A stretch of DNA of 64,000 nucleotides, taken from an uncultured delta proteobacterium (GTDB lineage Bacteria; Desulfobacterota; Desulfomonilia; UBA1062). Position 1 is the stretch's first letter. Every line of letters begins with the position of its first letter. The notes beneath the pieces are model-generated. The model saw nothing but the letters and a program-made list of their open reading frames with translations. It ran no database searches and was not told the DNA's origin. The position numbers and the translations under genes were made by a program. The stretch spans positions 96,001 through 160,000 of the forward strand of contig CAWAUM010000013.1 of NCBI GenBank assembly GCA_963785235.1, read 5' to 3'. Below, one piece after another: positions 41,364-52,722 of this stretch.

Positions 41364-43054
41364 AGGCTATTCAGATCATCCTTCTCGTAATGCTGGCAGG
41401 CATAAGCCTGAGGGCATTCGACCTTCAGGTCATCAATTCCAACCAGATCCTCACAAAGGCCCACAAAAAATTCGATCACGCCGTTGAGCTCAGCCCCTAC
41501 CGGGGGACCATCTTCGACCGTTCAGGACAACCCCTTGCCATCAGCCTGGTGGTCAAGTCCGTGGCCGCCAACCCAAGGATCATAGAGAACCCTGCCAGGG
41601 CCTCATGGCAGCTCTCAAAGGCATTGGGGATCGACAGGAAATACCTGGAAAGAAAACTCAGGGAAAACAGATATTTTGTATGGATCAAGAGACAGGTCAC
41701 ACCCAATGAAGTGGAGGCCATAAAGGCCCTTGAGATAAAGGGCATCGGGTTCTACGACGAACCGAAACGATTCTATCCTGAGAGCGAATCTCTGGCAAAC
41801 CTTATCGGATTTGTCGGCATAGACGGCAAGGGCCTCGAGGGGCTTGAACTCTCTTACGACATGGCCTTGAAGGGTATGGAGCGCAAGATCGATGTGCACA
41901 AAGACGGCATGGGCAGGATCATCTATGCGCGCGGCCTGCAACCAGATGATGCCAAAGACGGCAATACCCTGCGCCTGACCATTGACAAGCGGATCCAATA
42001 CATCGCCTTCCAGGAACTGAAGAAGGCTGTTGCCAGCAACAAGGCACAGTCGGGTTTCGTAATCATCACCAACCCGTCTACAGGAGAAGTACTTGCCCTG
42101 GCATCGAACCCCAGCTTCGACCCGAACAAGGGGTCCTATAACCATCTTTCCGGCCATACAAATATGGCCATTACGCACTCTTTCGAGCCCGGCTCGGTTA
42201 TCAAACCCTTCTGGGTAAGCTGGGGACTGGAAAAGAAGAAATTCAATATCACCAGCAGCATCTTCTGCGAGAACGGTTCTTTCACCTTTCACAGGGTCAC
42301 CATCCACGACCATGAAAAATACGGATGGCTCCCGGTAAATGACATCATTAAATACAGCAGCAATATCGGAATTGCCAAGCTCATGGATAGTATCAGCGCA
42401 GGGGAGATGTACTCCTGCCTGGCGGCCTTTGGTTTTCTCGACGCAACCGGCATCGACTTTCCCGGCGAACCCCAGGGCATGACCCGGGACGCGAGCGCCT
42501 GGACCGGTGTTGACAAGGCCACCATCTCCTTCGGACAAGGGTTTGCAGTTACCGGCATCCAGCTTATCACCGCGTTCAACGCCATGGTCAACGGCGGCAT
42601 GGTCATGAGGCCCTACATGGTTGAACGCATCACTGATGCCAAAAACATCCCTGTCCAGGAGATCAGGCCAACCATCCTAAGAAAGATACTCTCGAAAGAG
42701 GCCTCTGATCAGATTGTGGGCGTTATGAAATCAGTCACGTTAAAGGGCGGCACGGCTGAATCCGCCGGCATGCCGACCTTCCAGGTATTCGGCAAGACCG
42801 GCACTGCACAGAAGATCGACCCATTAACCGGGGCCTATTCAGAAGGTAACTATGTCTCCTCCTTTATCGGCGGGATCATAGACGCTACAGGAAAGACCCG
42901 CCTCACCATGATCGTATGCATCAACGAGCCCAGGCCTTTCTACTATGCAAGCTTAGTAGCTTGCCCTTTGTTTAAGGAAATAGTATCGCAATGCGCTTCA
43001 ATCATGGAGTTAAGCCCGAACATCACGCTGGCCACCAGGGGGAACAGCGGATGA
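41348..43054 (+). CDS. ftsI: Peptidoglycan transpeptidase FtsI/PBP3
   Basis: RGTIFDR, GLEGLE, EPGSVIK (SxxK), SSN, GKTGTAQ. Confidence 0.95.
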   Translation: MARRIKAIQIILLVMLAGISLRAFDLQVINSNQILTKAHKKFDHAVELSPYRGTIFDRSGQPLAISLVVKSVAANPRIIENPARASWQLSKALGIDRKYLERKLRENRYFVWIKRQVTPNEVEAIKALEIKGIGFYDEPKRFYPESESLANLIGFVGIDGKGLEGLELSYDMALKGMERKIDVHKDGMGRIIYARGLQPDDAKDGNTLRLTIDKRIQYIAFQELKKAVASNKAQSGFVIITNPSTGEVLALASNPSFDPNKGSYNHLSGHTNMAITHSFEPGSVIKPFWVSWGLEKKKFNITSSIFCENGSFTFHRVTIHDHEKYGWLPVNDIIKYSSNIGIAKLMDSISAGEMYSCLAAFGFLDATGIDFPGEPQGMTRDASAWTGVDKATISFGQGFAVTGIQLITAFNAMVNGGMVMRPYMVERITDAKNIPVQEIRPTILRKILSKEASDQIVGVMKSVTLKGGTAESAGMPTFQVFGKTGTAQKIDPLTGAYSEGNYVSSFIGGIIDATGKTRLTMIVCINEPRPFYYASLVACPLFKEIVSQCASIMELSPNITLATRGNSG

Positions 43055-44502
43055 TGGTATCAGACCTCACTCGCGTACTCCAAGGCTCCATAACGAAAGG
43101 GCCGGACAGGCACTGGGAAACCCTGAAGGCGGATTCCTCCAAAGTCCAGCCTGGCGATGCCTTCATTGCGATTATGGGAAGCACCACCGACGGCCATGAA
43201 TACATCCCTGATGCGCTACGCCGTGGAGCCGTCCTCATCATCTGCAACAGCTCTCACACTGTCGAAGGCACTGATGTAACGGTGGTGGGCGTAGCGGATA
43301 CCAAGGCCGCGCTCAGGATTATCCTGCCAATGCTTTACCCCAAGGCCATGGAGATAAGGATGGTGGGCATAACCGGCACCAACGGCAAGACCACCACTAC
43401 CTATCTCATAGAATCGGTCTTGAACCATGCAGGTATCGCCAGCGGAGTAATGGGCACCATAAACACGCGCTATAAAGGAAAAGAGATCACATCCACCCTT
43501 ACCACACCCGGCCCGGTGGACCTCTTTGAGATGCTGAGCCTGATGCGCATTGCGGGTGTTCAGGCATGTGTCATGGAGGTAAGCTCCCATGCCCTGGATC
43601 AGGACCGGATTGCGGGGCTCACCTTTGAATATGCCCTGTTCACGAACCTCACCCAGGACCACCTGGACTACCACAAAGACATGGAGACCTATTTTCTTGC
43701 AAAGAAAAGGCTCTTCGAGGTCTATCTCGGCGGCAAGGCTATCATTAATATAGATGATACCTATGGAGCCCGGCTCGCAGACACCTTGAAGGGAGCCATT
43801 ACCTACGGGTTCCGTAAAGACGCCCTCATCCACCCCCTTTCCATGGACAACTCTGCAGACGGCCTCACCTTACATATCGCAACCCCCGCAGGCCGGATCT
43901 CCATCAGGAGTGCACTGAAGGGCGAGATGAATGCCTACAACATCATGTCAGCCATTGGTGTCTGCCGTGCCTTTGGCATACCGAACGAGATAATCGCCAA
44001 AGGCATTGAGGCCCTCAAAGGCGTACCAGGCAGGATGGAGTCTGTTGAAAATACCAATGGCCTGAACATCATTGTGGATTATGCCCATACGCCTGATGCC
44101 CTTCATACGGTCTTGAAAAATGCGCGTCAGTTCACAAAAGGGAGGCTTCTGACCGTATTCGGTTGCGGAGGAGACAGGGACAAGACCAAGCGGCCTATCA
44201 TGGGTACCATTGCCGCAGATCTAGCCGACCTGGCAATAATCACCTCGGACAATCCCAGGACCGAAGAGCCCGGGTCCATTATTGAAGACATCCTGAAAGG
44301 TATCCCGGACAGGACAAAGATAATCCTTGAACCTGACAGAAAAGAGGCCATCTGCCGGGCCATTCGGGCCATGGCTGCTGATGACTGCCTTTTGATTGCA
44401 GGCAAGGGTCATGAGGATTATCAGATAATCGGCACGAGGAAGATTTCCTTCGATGACCGTGAGTGCGTCCGCCGCTGCCTTAAGGAGGTTTACGGTCAAT
44501 GA
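43051..44502 (+). CDS. murE: UDP-MurNAc-tripeptide synthetase MurE
   Basis: GTNGKTT, MEVSSH, NLTQDHLDYH, DYAHTPD, DNPR (mDAP type). Confidence 0.96.
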   Translation: MMVSDLTRVLQGSITKGPDRHWETLKADSSKVQPGDAFIAIMGSTTDGHEYIPDALRRGAVLIICNSSHTVEGTDVTVVGVADTKAALRIILPMLYPKAMEIRMVGITGTNGKTTTTYLIESVLNHAGIASGVMGTINTRYKGKEITSTLTTPGPVDLFEMLSLMRIAGVQACVMEVSSHALDQDRIAGLTFEYALFTNLTQDHLDYHKDMETYFLAKKRLFEVYLGGKAIINIDDTYGARLADTLKGAITYGFRKDALIHPLSMDNSADGLTLHIATPAGRISIRSALKGEMNAYNIMSAIGVCRAFGIPNEIIAKGIEALKGVPGRMESVENTNGLNIIVDYAHTPDALHTVLKNARQFTKGRLLTVFGCGGDRDKTKRPIMGTIAADLADLAIITSDNPRTEEPGSIIEDILKGIPDRTKIILEPDRKEAICRAIRAMAADDCLLIAGKGHEDYQIIGTRKISFDDRECVRRCLKEVYGQ

Positions 44503-45869
44503 AGATCAGTGCGCGGGAAATAGCAAACTTCACCGATGGCTACATCCTTTCAGGGGAACCGGAGACGGTCTTTGACGGGATTTCAACAGACTCCAGGAGC
44601 ATCCTGCCGGACCAGCTCTTTATCGCACTGCGTGGAGAGAATTATAACGGCCACGCCTTCATAAAGGATGCAGTTTCACGAGGGGCAACGGGTGTAGTGG
44701 TCATGGAGGATTACCCGAGAAACGGCACTGTCATGATATCCGTTGAGGATACCATGCAGGCCCTGGGTGACATCGCGTTAGGGGTGAGAAATAGGTTCGA
44801 TACGGCCATTATCGGCGTCACCGGATCCACGGGCAAGACTACGGTCAAGGAGTTCTGCGCCTCCATTTTTTCCCTGCAGGGCACGTGTCTGAAGACCGAG
44901 AAGAATTACAACAACCTTATCGGGGTCCCGCTGTCGCTGCTTGCGCTCGGCCCTGAATATGAATTCGCAGTCATCGAGATGGGCACCAACCGGTTCGGGG
45001 AGATAGACCGGCTTTCCTTCATCACCAGGCCGCAGGTCTCCATCATTACCAATATCCATCCCGTTCACCTGAACGGGCTCAGGAGCATCTCGGGTATCAT
45101 TAAAGAGAAGCAGGCCATCTTCAGAAACACCGCCAAATGCGGTATGGCCGTTATCAATCCATCCCTGGAGCACATGGACAAGATCGAGATCCCGAACCAT
45201 CTGCAGATGATCACCTATTCCCACAAGGACAGCGCAGACATCACCTTGACGCATATCGAACACCAGGGGCTCGACGGCAGCGACATCGAGATCGACCTGG
45301 CAGGAAGGCTCATCAAGACCCATGTGCCCCTGCCCGGTATGCATAATGTCATCAACGCCCTTGGGGCATGCGCCTGCGCCGTGGCATTGAACCTTGACCC
45401 CGAGATAATTGCCGAAGGGGTGAGACGCTCGAAGTTCCCTGGCATGCGTTCCGAGATAATCGTATCCGACCACCTCACCATTATCAATGACTGCTACAAT
45501 GCCAATCCTGCATCCATGAAGGCTGCACTGTCCATGCTGGTGGATGCCCCCCATTCCATCAAGGTTGCCGTGCTTGGCGATATGCTGGAACTCGGCAAGG
45601 ACACACAGTTCTGGCACGAGGAGCTTGGAAAATGGGTGGCCGAGTCCAAATTGGACAGGCTCATCTGCATTGGCGAGATGGCGCATTTTGTCTGTGATAA
45701 GGCTTCGATAGGGGGCATGGAAAATACCTGTATCTACCCGGTGCAGAAGATGGATGAGATCCTCTACCATCTCCAGGATCTCTTTGACAAGGATGCCATG
45801 GTGCTCATAAAGGCATCCAGGGCCCTGAAACTCGACCAGGTGGTCAACCAGCTCAAGGCGGTGGCTTAA
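44499..45869 (+). CDS. murF: MurF
   Basis: GSTGKTTVK, NNLIGVP, DCYNANP, GDMLELG, KASR. Confidence 0.95.
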   Translation: MKISAREIANFTDGYILSGEPETVFDGISTDSRSILPDQLFIALRGENYNGHAFIKDAVSRGATGVVVMEDYPRNGTVMISVEDTMQALGDIALGVRNRFDTAIIGVTGSTGKTTVKEFCASIFSLQGTCLKTEKNYNNLIGVPLSLLALGPEYEFAVIEMGTNRFGEIDRLSFITRPQVSIITNIHPVHLNGLRSISGIIKEKQAIFRNTAKCGMAVINPSLEHMDKIEIPNHLQMITYSHKDSADITLTHIEHQGLDGSDIEIDLAGRLIKTHVPLPGMHNVINALGACACAVALNLDPEIIAEGVRRSKFPGMRSEIIVSDHLTIINDCYNANPASMKAALSMLVDAPHSIKVAVLGDMLELGKDTQFWHEELGKWVAESKLDRLICIGEMAHFVCDKASIGGMENTCIYPVQKMDEILYHLQDLFDKDAMVLIKASRALKLDQVVNQLKAVA

Positions 45870-45871
45870 GG

Positions 45872-46952
45872 ATGCTCTATTACCTCCTCTACCCCCTGCA
45901 CACCACCATCAGCCTCTTCAATGTCTTCAAGTACATCACCTTCAGAACCATCTATGCCACCATCACGGCCCTGCTTATTACCCTGCTGCTGGGACCGTGG
46001 TTCATTGAGAAGCTCAACAACTTGAGGCTCAAGGAACGTATAAACGGGAACACGCCTTCCACACACAAGGTAAAATCCGGCACGCCGACCATGGGCGGGG
46101 TTTTAATCGCGTGTGCAATCGTGTTTTCCACCCTTATGTGGGCTGACCTGTTCAATATCTATATATGGCTCGGTATGGCGATCCTTGTATCCTATGCCGC
46201 GCTTGGGATTTATTGATGATTACATGAAGACGGTCAAGGGCAACATGCGTGGACTGCCCGGACGCCTGCGCCTGCTCGTGGAGTTCGCCGTGGCGGCAGC
46301 CGTGGGTATTGCACTCATGAGCACCCCGGGCTTCAACGACACCGTCACGTTCCCTTTCTTCAAACGACTCCACCTTGACCTCGGTCCGTTCTATATCCCC
46401 TTTGTCATGGTGGTCATCGTGGGCATGGCCAATGCCGTCAATCTCACGGACGGTCTCGACGGACTGGCCATCGGCCCATGCACCATTGCTGCGGCAACCT
46501 ATATCGTCTTCGCTTATGTCATAGGCAACTTCAAGGCAGCCACCTATCTTCAGATCCCTTTCATAGCAGGCGTGGGCGAATTGAGCGTCTTTCTCGGGGC
46601 ACTGGTGGGGGCCGGCATGGGCTTTCTGTGGTACAACGCCTATCCTGCCCAGATGTTTATGGGTGATGTGGGCTCATTGAGCCTGGGCGGGATCCTCGGG
46701 GCTGTTGCCGTCATGACCAAGCAGGAGATGCTCCTCTTAATCGTAGGGGGCATCTTTTTCATGGAAGTGCTCTCGGTCATCCTTCAGGTGGGTTTCTTCA
46801 AGTTCACAAAAGGCAAGCGGATATTCCGCATGGCCCCCATACACCATCACTTCGAGCTGAAGGGCTGGGCGGAACCCAAGATAATCGTCAGGTTCTGGAT
46901 CATATCCATATTCCTTGCAATGGTAGCGATATCAACCTTAAAACTGAGGTGA
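45872..46952 (+). CDS. mraY: MraY, frameshifted at GGG ~46206
   Basis: GTPTMGG; (LG)FIDDY; [12 protein letters not shown]; FMGDVGS; MAPIHHHFE. Confidence 0.95.
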
Positions 46953-46957
46953 GACCT

Positions 46958-47092
46958 ATGCAGAATGCTTATGAGGAGATTAATTACCTGCAGATGCTCC
47001 TAGGCATCTACCTGGAGCATGAGGACAAGGGACTGGCATTGCTCATCATGCAGATACAGCAGAGACTGGAGGGACTTAAAGTGTGCGCATAG
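46958..47092 (+). CDS. Uncalled 44-aa small protein within the dcw cluster
   Basis: MQNAYEEINYLQMLLGIYLEHEDKGLALLIMQIQQRLEGLKVCA; GAGG SD; fills the mraY-murD gap and overlaps the murD start. Confidence 0.6.
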   Translation: MQNAYEEINYLQMLLGIYLEHEDKGLALLIMQIQQRLEGLKVCA

Positions 47093-48378
47093 TTGTCTGG
47101 GGAACAGGTATTACGGGCATCATGGCAGCACGCATGATGATTGCGAAAGGCCACGAGGTACGCCTGGTGGACGAGAAGATGCCGGTAAAGCCCCTGGATA
47201 TATCCGTCAAGCTCCTGGAGGAACAGGATATGCACTGGGCTGAGCTCGTGATTCCAAGCCCCGGGGTTCCCCAGCATCATCCAATGCTTCAGAAAGCCAA
47301 GCAGGTGCTATCCGAGATCGAGGTCGCGGCATCATTTCTTTCAGGAAAGCTCATCGCCATCACCGGCACCAATGGAAAGACCACTACGACGACACTTATC
47401 CACAAAATCCTGAAGGCTCAAGGCTTTGATGCCGGCATAGGCGGAAACATCTCACCACCGCTCATCTCCCTGGTGGATGCCGACCCTGACTATGTTGTAG
47501 CCGAGATCAGCTCTTTCCAGCTTGAGTGGATCGAGCGCTTCAGACCATTTATCAGCATATGCATGAACATCACATCTGACCACCTGGACCGGTATCGTAC
47601 CATGGACGAGTACGTATATTACAAACTCAGGATATTTGAAAACCAGACGCCTGCTGATATCGCCATTATCAACGACGACGACCCCTATTTGAAGGGTATC
47701 CCCTTAAAGGCCCGGCGGGTCCTCTTCTCCATGACACATCCGGTCTCAGGGGACGGCGCCTATATCAAGGATTCGAAAATAGTCTTCACCGGCAGCATTG
47801 CAGGTATTGGTCCGAAGGTTCCGCCGCCGGAAAAGATCGGCGGAGGGGTCATTGAGGATATGCTGGCAACTGCCCTGGCCGGGCGGTTCCTTGGTGTTGA
47901 AACCTCGATCATGGAGGATGTTTTCCTGGGCTTCAAGGTAATCCACCACCGGTTCGAGTACGTGAACACCATTAATGGCGTCACCTTTATCGACGACTCC
48001 AAGGCCACCAACGTGGGGGCACTGGATAAGGCACTATCCACGCTGACCTCCAAGGTCATCCTCATATTAGGAGGAAAGGACAAGGGCGGAGATTTCTCGG
48101 AAATTGCACAAAGATATAAAAATACCATCAAGAAGGCATACCTCATGGGAGAGGCAAAAACCCGTATTGAAGGCGAAATCGCTGATATCGTGGACACGGG
48201 CATGGCCCAAGACATGCTTGAGGCGGTAACACAGGCGTACTTAGGTGCAACACCGGGCGATATAGTCCTGTTAAGCCCGGGTTGCGCAAGTTTTGACATG
48301 TTCAACAGCTATGCACACAGGGGAGAGGTCTTCCAGGAATGCGTCTATGGCCTTTTAAAGAACAAGAGCGAGAGATAG
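47083..48378 (+). CDS. murD: MurD
   Basis: SPGVP, GTNGKTTT, EISSFQLE, DHLDRY, DSKATN, SPGCASFDMF. Confidence 0.96.
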   Translation: MRIVVWGTGITGIMAARMMIAKGHEVRLVDEKMPVKPLDISVKLLEEQDMHWAELVIPSPGVPQHHPMLQKAKQVLSEIEVAASFLSGKLIAITGTNGKTTTTTLIHKILKAQGFDAGIGGNISPPLISLVDADPDYVVAEISSFQLEWIERFRPFISICMNITSDHLDRYRTMDEYVYYKLRIFENQTPADIAIINDDDPYLKGIPLKARRVLFSMTHPVSGDGAYIKDSKIVFTGSIAGIGPKVPPPEKIGGGVIEDMLATALAGRFLGVETSIMEDVFLGFKVIHHRFEYVNTINGVTFIDDSKATNVGALDKALSTLTSKVILILGGKDKGGDFSEIAQRYKNTIKKAYLMGEAKTRIEGEIADIVDTGMAQDMLEAVTQAYLGATPGDIVLLSPGCASFDMFNSYAHRGEVFQECVYGLLKNKSER

Positions 48379-49467
48379 ACTTCGACGTCATCTTCTTTCT
48401 CGCCACCATGGCCCTCTTGATACTGGGGACCGTGATGATATTCTCATCGAGCTATTTTGTTTCGAAAGAACTCTATGGCAATGGCATCGCTATGACCAAA
48501 AAGCACCTCATCCATGTGGTACTTGGCACTCTGGCAATGCTTGGCATCATGAGCTATGATTACCGACGTTTAAGTTCCGGAAAAACCATCCTCTTTACCC
48601 TGCTGGGAAGCGCTGTTGCCCTGGTTCTGTGTTTTATACCGGGAATCGGACATGCCGGGGGTCACTCGAGACGGTGGATCGGGTTCAGCCCCTTCATCTT
48701 TCAGGCATCCGAACTGGCCAAGATAGCCCTTATCCTCTTTATTGCCAATTTCCTCTCAAGGAAGTCTCGAAACATCGGCGACTTCGCGAAGGGTCCTTTG
48801 CCGGTGCTTGCCAGTTGTGGCTGTCATGTGCGCCCTCATCTTTATTGAACCGGACTTCGGAACTGCAGCGGCTATCGGTATCTGGTCCGTTATGCTCCTC
48901 TTCATGGCAGGGATGAGATGGAGACACCTGTTGATCCTCATGGGTATAGGCATCCCCATAGGCCTTGTTGCCATGTTGTGGGAATCCTACCGCCGTGCAA
49001 GGCTCACGATCTTTCTGGACCCCTGGAAAGACATGCTGGGTTGCGGCTATCAGATTGTCCAGTCCATGGTCGCCTTTGCCACGGGCGGATTCTTCGGCTC
49101 AGGACTCGGCGAGGGAACCCAGAAGCTCTTCTACCTGCCTGCGCCCCATACGGACTTTATCCTTTCCGTTATCGGAGAGGAGCTTGGCTTCATAGGGGTC
49201 TTTGTTGTAGCAGCCCTCTTCGCCATCTGGATATGGAGGGGTTTCACCATTGCCCAGGCAACAAACGACTCCTTCGGATTTCACCTGGTCATAGCCTCTG
49301 TCTGTCTTATCGGGCTGCAGGCATGCCTTAACATGGGCGTTGCACTCTCGCTGCTTCCAACCAAAGGTATCCCCCTGCCCTTTTTCAGTTACGGCGGATC
49401 GCCGCTGCTCAGCACCATGTGCATCTGCGGGATTGTCCTTTCGGTATCGAGGAGGGCCCGCCTATGA
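48339..49467 (+). CDS. ftsW: FtsW, frameshifted at ~48811
   Basis: RRWI..FQASELAK; EPDFGT; YQIVQS; LPAPHTDFI; PTKGIPLPFFSYGGS. Confidence 0.95.
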
Positions 49468-50522
49468 AGGTGCTCATTACGGCAGGGGGTACAGGCGGAC
49501 ACATCATGCCGGCTGTTGCCATTGCAGAAGCCATCCGTGAGATAATGCCCGGGGCAAAGGTCCTCTTTGTGGGAACGGACCGGGGCATGGAGGAGCGTAT
49601 TGCCGGGCTTAAGGGGCTGGACTTCATCCCCATAAAGGCCCTTGGTATCAAGGGGAAATCGCTGACCAACCTGCTACTGGCCATCATGGTGAATCTGAAG
49701 GCATTTCTCGCTTCTATGAGGATCATCAAAGATTTCAGACCCGCATGGGTAATAGGAACCGGAGGGTACATCACGGGAATGGTAGTGCTCTCAGGAAGGA
49801 TACTGGGATGCAACTGCGCCATCCAGGAGCAGAACAGCATCCCGGGGCTCACCAACAGGCTCCTTGCCAGGATAGCCCACCGGATCTTCCTGGCCTTTCC
49901 TGACACATCGGGATGTTTTCCCGAGTCCAGGACCCTGCTCACCGGGAACCCCTTACGGAAAGAGCTTGCAGTATGCAAGCACAGCGGGAACGGATCGTAT
50001 CTACTCATTTTGGGCGGGAGCCTTGGTGCGAGCAGCATTAACAAGGCTGCGGTAAAGGCGTTGAAAATCCTCAAGGATGAGGGAATCGACATCAAGGTCA
50101 TCCACCAGAGCGGCAAACAGGATTTTGAGCTGGTCAAGGATGCATACCAGAACATGGACATAGATGCAGATGTGAGTGCATTCATCGACGATATGGCGTC
50201 TGCCTACAGCGGAGCACTGCTCGCACTATCCAGATGCGGCGGCATTACGCTGTCCGAGCTTTCGGCTTTTGGGATACCGGCTATCATGGTGCCCTTTCCC
50301 CATGCCACGGATGACCATCAGACTTTTAATGGCAGATATGTCGCGGGTCAGGGCGGTGGCTGGCTTATCCCCGAGCCCGATCTGACTCCCAAACGCCTGG
50401 CACTCGAGATCAATGCCAGGCTCAGCAACCTCTCAGAGTTGAAAAAGGCATCGGATAATATGAGACGTATCGGCCTGGGTAAAGGGGCCGACACAATCGC
50501 AAGGGAGATCTTACGTGTTTAG
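49464..50522 (+). CDS. murG: MurG
   Basis: GGTGGHI, GTGGY, QEQN, GGSLGA, DHQ. Confidence 0.96.
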   Translation: MKVLITAGGTGGHIMPAVAIAEAIREIMPGAKVLFVGTDRGMEERIAGLKGLDFIPIKALGIKGKSLTNLLLAIMVNLKAFLASMRIIKDFRPAWVIGTGGYITGMVVLSGRILGCNCAIQEQNSIPGLTNRLLARIAHRIFLAFPDTSGCFPESRTLLTGNPLRKELAVCKHSGNGSYLLILGGSLGASSINKAAVKALKILKDEGIDIKVIHQSGKQDFELVKDAYQNMDIDADVSAFIDDMASAYSGALLALSRCGGITLSELSAFGIPAIMVPFPHATDDHQTFNGRYVAGQGGGWLIPEPDLTPKRLALEINARLSNLSELKKASDNMRRIGLGKGADTIAREILRV

Positions 50523-51886
50523 AGGTATTACCAGGATCCATTTTGTAGGTATCGGCGGCATCGGTATGAGCGGCATCGCCGAACTCCTGATCAACCTCGG
50601 CTTTTGCATAACCGGCTCCGATGTTGCCGAATCCGATGTCGTAGGGCGCCTGCGCACCCTGGGGGCTATCATTCACATCGGCCATAACGGCCAGAACATC
50701 GGCAATGCCCAGGTGGTAGTCTATTCATCTGCCGTGGGGCTCGACAACCCGGAGTGCGTTGCCGCCAAGGACTCTGCGCTGCCTGTCATCCCGAGGGCCG
50801 AGATGCTCGCCGAGCTCATGCGCATGAAGTTCTCCATTGCCATTGCCGGAACACACGGCAAAACCACCACGACCTCCATGCTGGCCACCATCCTGGCCAT
50901 GGCGGGGAAAGACCCCACAGCCATCATCGGCGGCAAGCTCGACATGTTCGGGTCCAATGCCAGGCTTGGTGAAGGGGAACTCCTGGTGGCCGAGGCGGAC
51001 GAGAGCGACCGGTCCTTCCTCAAGCTGGCGCCCATCGTGGCAGTGGTAACCAATATCGAAGAAGAGCACATGGACTGCTACCGCGATATCGATGACATCC
51101 GCGACACCTATGTGCAGTTTCTCAACAAGGTCCCGTTCTTCGGGTTCAACATGATCTGCCTGGACGATGCGAATATTCAGCACATCATGCCCAGGCTCGA
51201 ACGCAAGGTAATCACCTACGGATCTCATACCCAGGCCACATACCGCTATAGTGAACCTTGTTTCACCGGATTTGAGACCACGTTCACTGCCCACCTGGGT
51301 GACAAAGTCCTGGGCGAGGTGACTCCTGGGCGTGCCGGGAAAGCACAACTGCCTGAATGCGCTGGCAGCCATAGGCACTGCCCTGGAACTCGGCATCGAT
51401 TTCGAGCTCATCAAGAAAGGTCTTTGCACCTTCAAAGGTGTCCAGAGGAGATGCCATGTCCGGGGAGAAAAAAACGGTATCACGGTCATGGACGACTACG
51501 GCCACCACCCCACCGAAATCAGGATGACACTTGCAGCCATCAAGAACGGGTTCCCGAACCGCCGGGTGATCGCGGTGTTCCAGCCTCACCGTTACAGCCG
51601 CACCAGGGACCTCTTCGAGGACTTCGTCAACTCCTTCTACGATGCATCGAGACTCTACATCACCGAGATCTACCCGGCATCCGAAAAACCCATCGAGGGG
51701 GTAACGGGTTATGCCCTGTTCGAAGAGATAAAGAATCACGGCTACCGGGAGGCCTATTATGTGGAGAACAAGGAAGATATCCCTGACGCACTTATGGACG
51801 AGCTCAAGGCCGATGACCTTCTCATCTTCCTGGGTGCAGGGGATGTCTGGAGGCAGGGGCTCAAGGTATTAGAGAGGCTTGGATGA
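50515..51886 (+). CDS. murC: MurC, frameshifted at ~51325
   Basis: HFVGIGGIGMSG, GTHGKTTT, EADESD; then DDYGHHPTE, FQPHRYSR. Confidence 0.95.
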
Positions 51887-52722
51887 GGATGATCGAAGCG
51901 GTTCAGGCGCAAAATATTACCTCCATGCACTGCGGGGGAACCATCGATTGCATCTATGAGCCCGAGAACATTTCCGAGCTTTTGCAACTCATCAGGGAGG
52001 TCAAGGACTTCCATGTCTTAGGCGGTGGAACCAACACTATTTTCGAAGATACAGCAATTGCAAAGCCCATAATCCACCTGGGCAAGGAGTTCGCCGGAAT
52101 CGATACCATACCGTCGGGAATCCACGCAGGCGTAGGAGTGCCCATGAAACGGCTCGTATCCTACTGTGTAACAAAAGGCCTGTCAGGCATCGAATTTATG
52201 GCGGGTATTCCAGGCCAGTTGGGCGGCGCGCTCTTCATGAACGCCGGAACCCCGGAAAAGGGAATCCTCGATGCCGTCATGGAGCTTGAGGTTGTGGACA
52301 GCTCAGGCATTCATACCATGAGGCCTCAAGATCTCCATTACAGCTACCGCACGAGCGGCATGCCGGACAAAACGGTGATCACCTCTGCAAAAATTGCATT
52401 GAGCTCTTTGACAAAAGAGGCGGTACGCAACACCGTACTGCCATACATTATGAAGAAACGCAGCCAGCCGCGAGGCTTCAACAGCGGCTCCATGTTCAAG
52501 AATCCTTCGGGCATGCCTGCAGGCATGCTTATCGAGAAGGCCGGCCTCAAAGGTTTTAGAGTCGGCGGGGCTTTTGTGTCAGAGATCCATGCAAATTTCA
52601 TCATCAATGATGGCACTGCCACTACCAGGGACATTCAAGAGTTGATCAGGATCATCAAGGACAAAGTCAGGGCCCGCTTCGGGATAGAGCTCACCGAGGA
52701 GGTAAAGATCATTGGTCAGTGA
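51883..52722 (+). CDS. murB: MurB
   Basis: GGGTN, GIPG..GGALFMNAG, SGSMFKNP, HANFI, EEV. Confidence 0.94.
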   Translation: MRMIEAVQAQNITSMHCGGTIDCIYEPENISELLQLIREVKDFHVLGGGTNTIFEDTAIAKPIIHLGKEFAGIDTIPSGIHAGVGVPMKRLVSYCVTKGLSGIEFMAGIPGQLGGALFMNAGTPEKGILDAVMELEVVDSSGIHTMRPQDLHYSYRTSGMPDKTVITSAKIALSSLTKEAVRNTVLPYIMKKRSQPRGFNSGSMFKNPSGMPAGMLIEKAGLKGFRVGGAFVSEIHANFIINDGTATTRDIQELIRIIKDKVRARFGIELTEEVKIIGQ

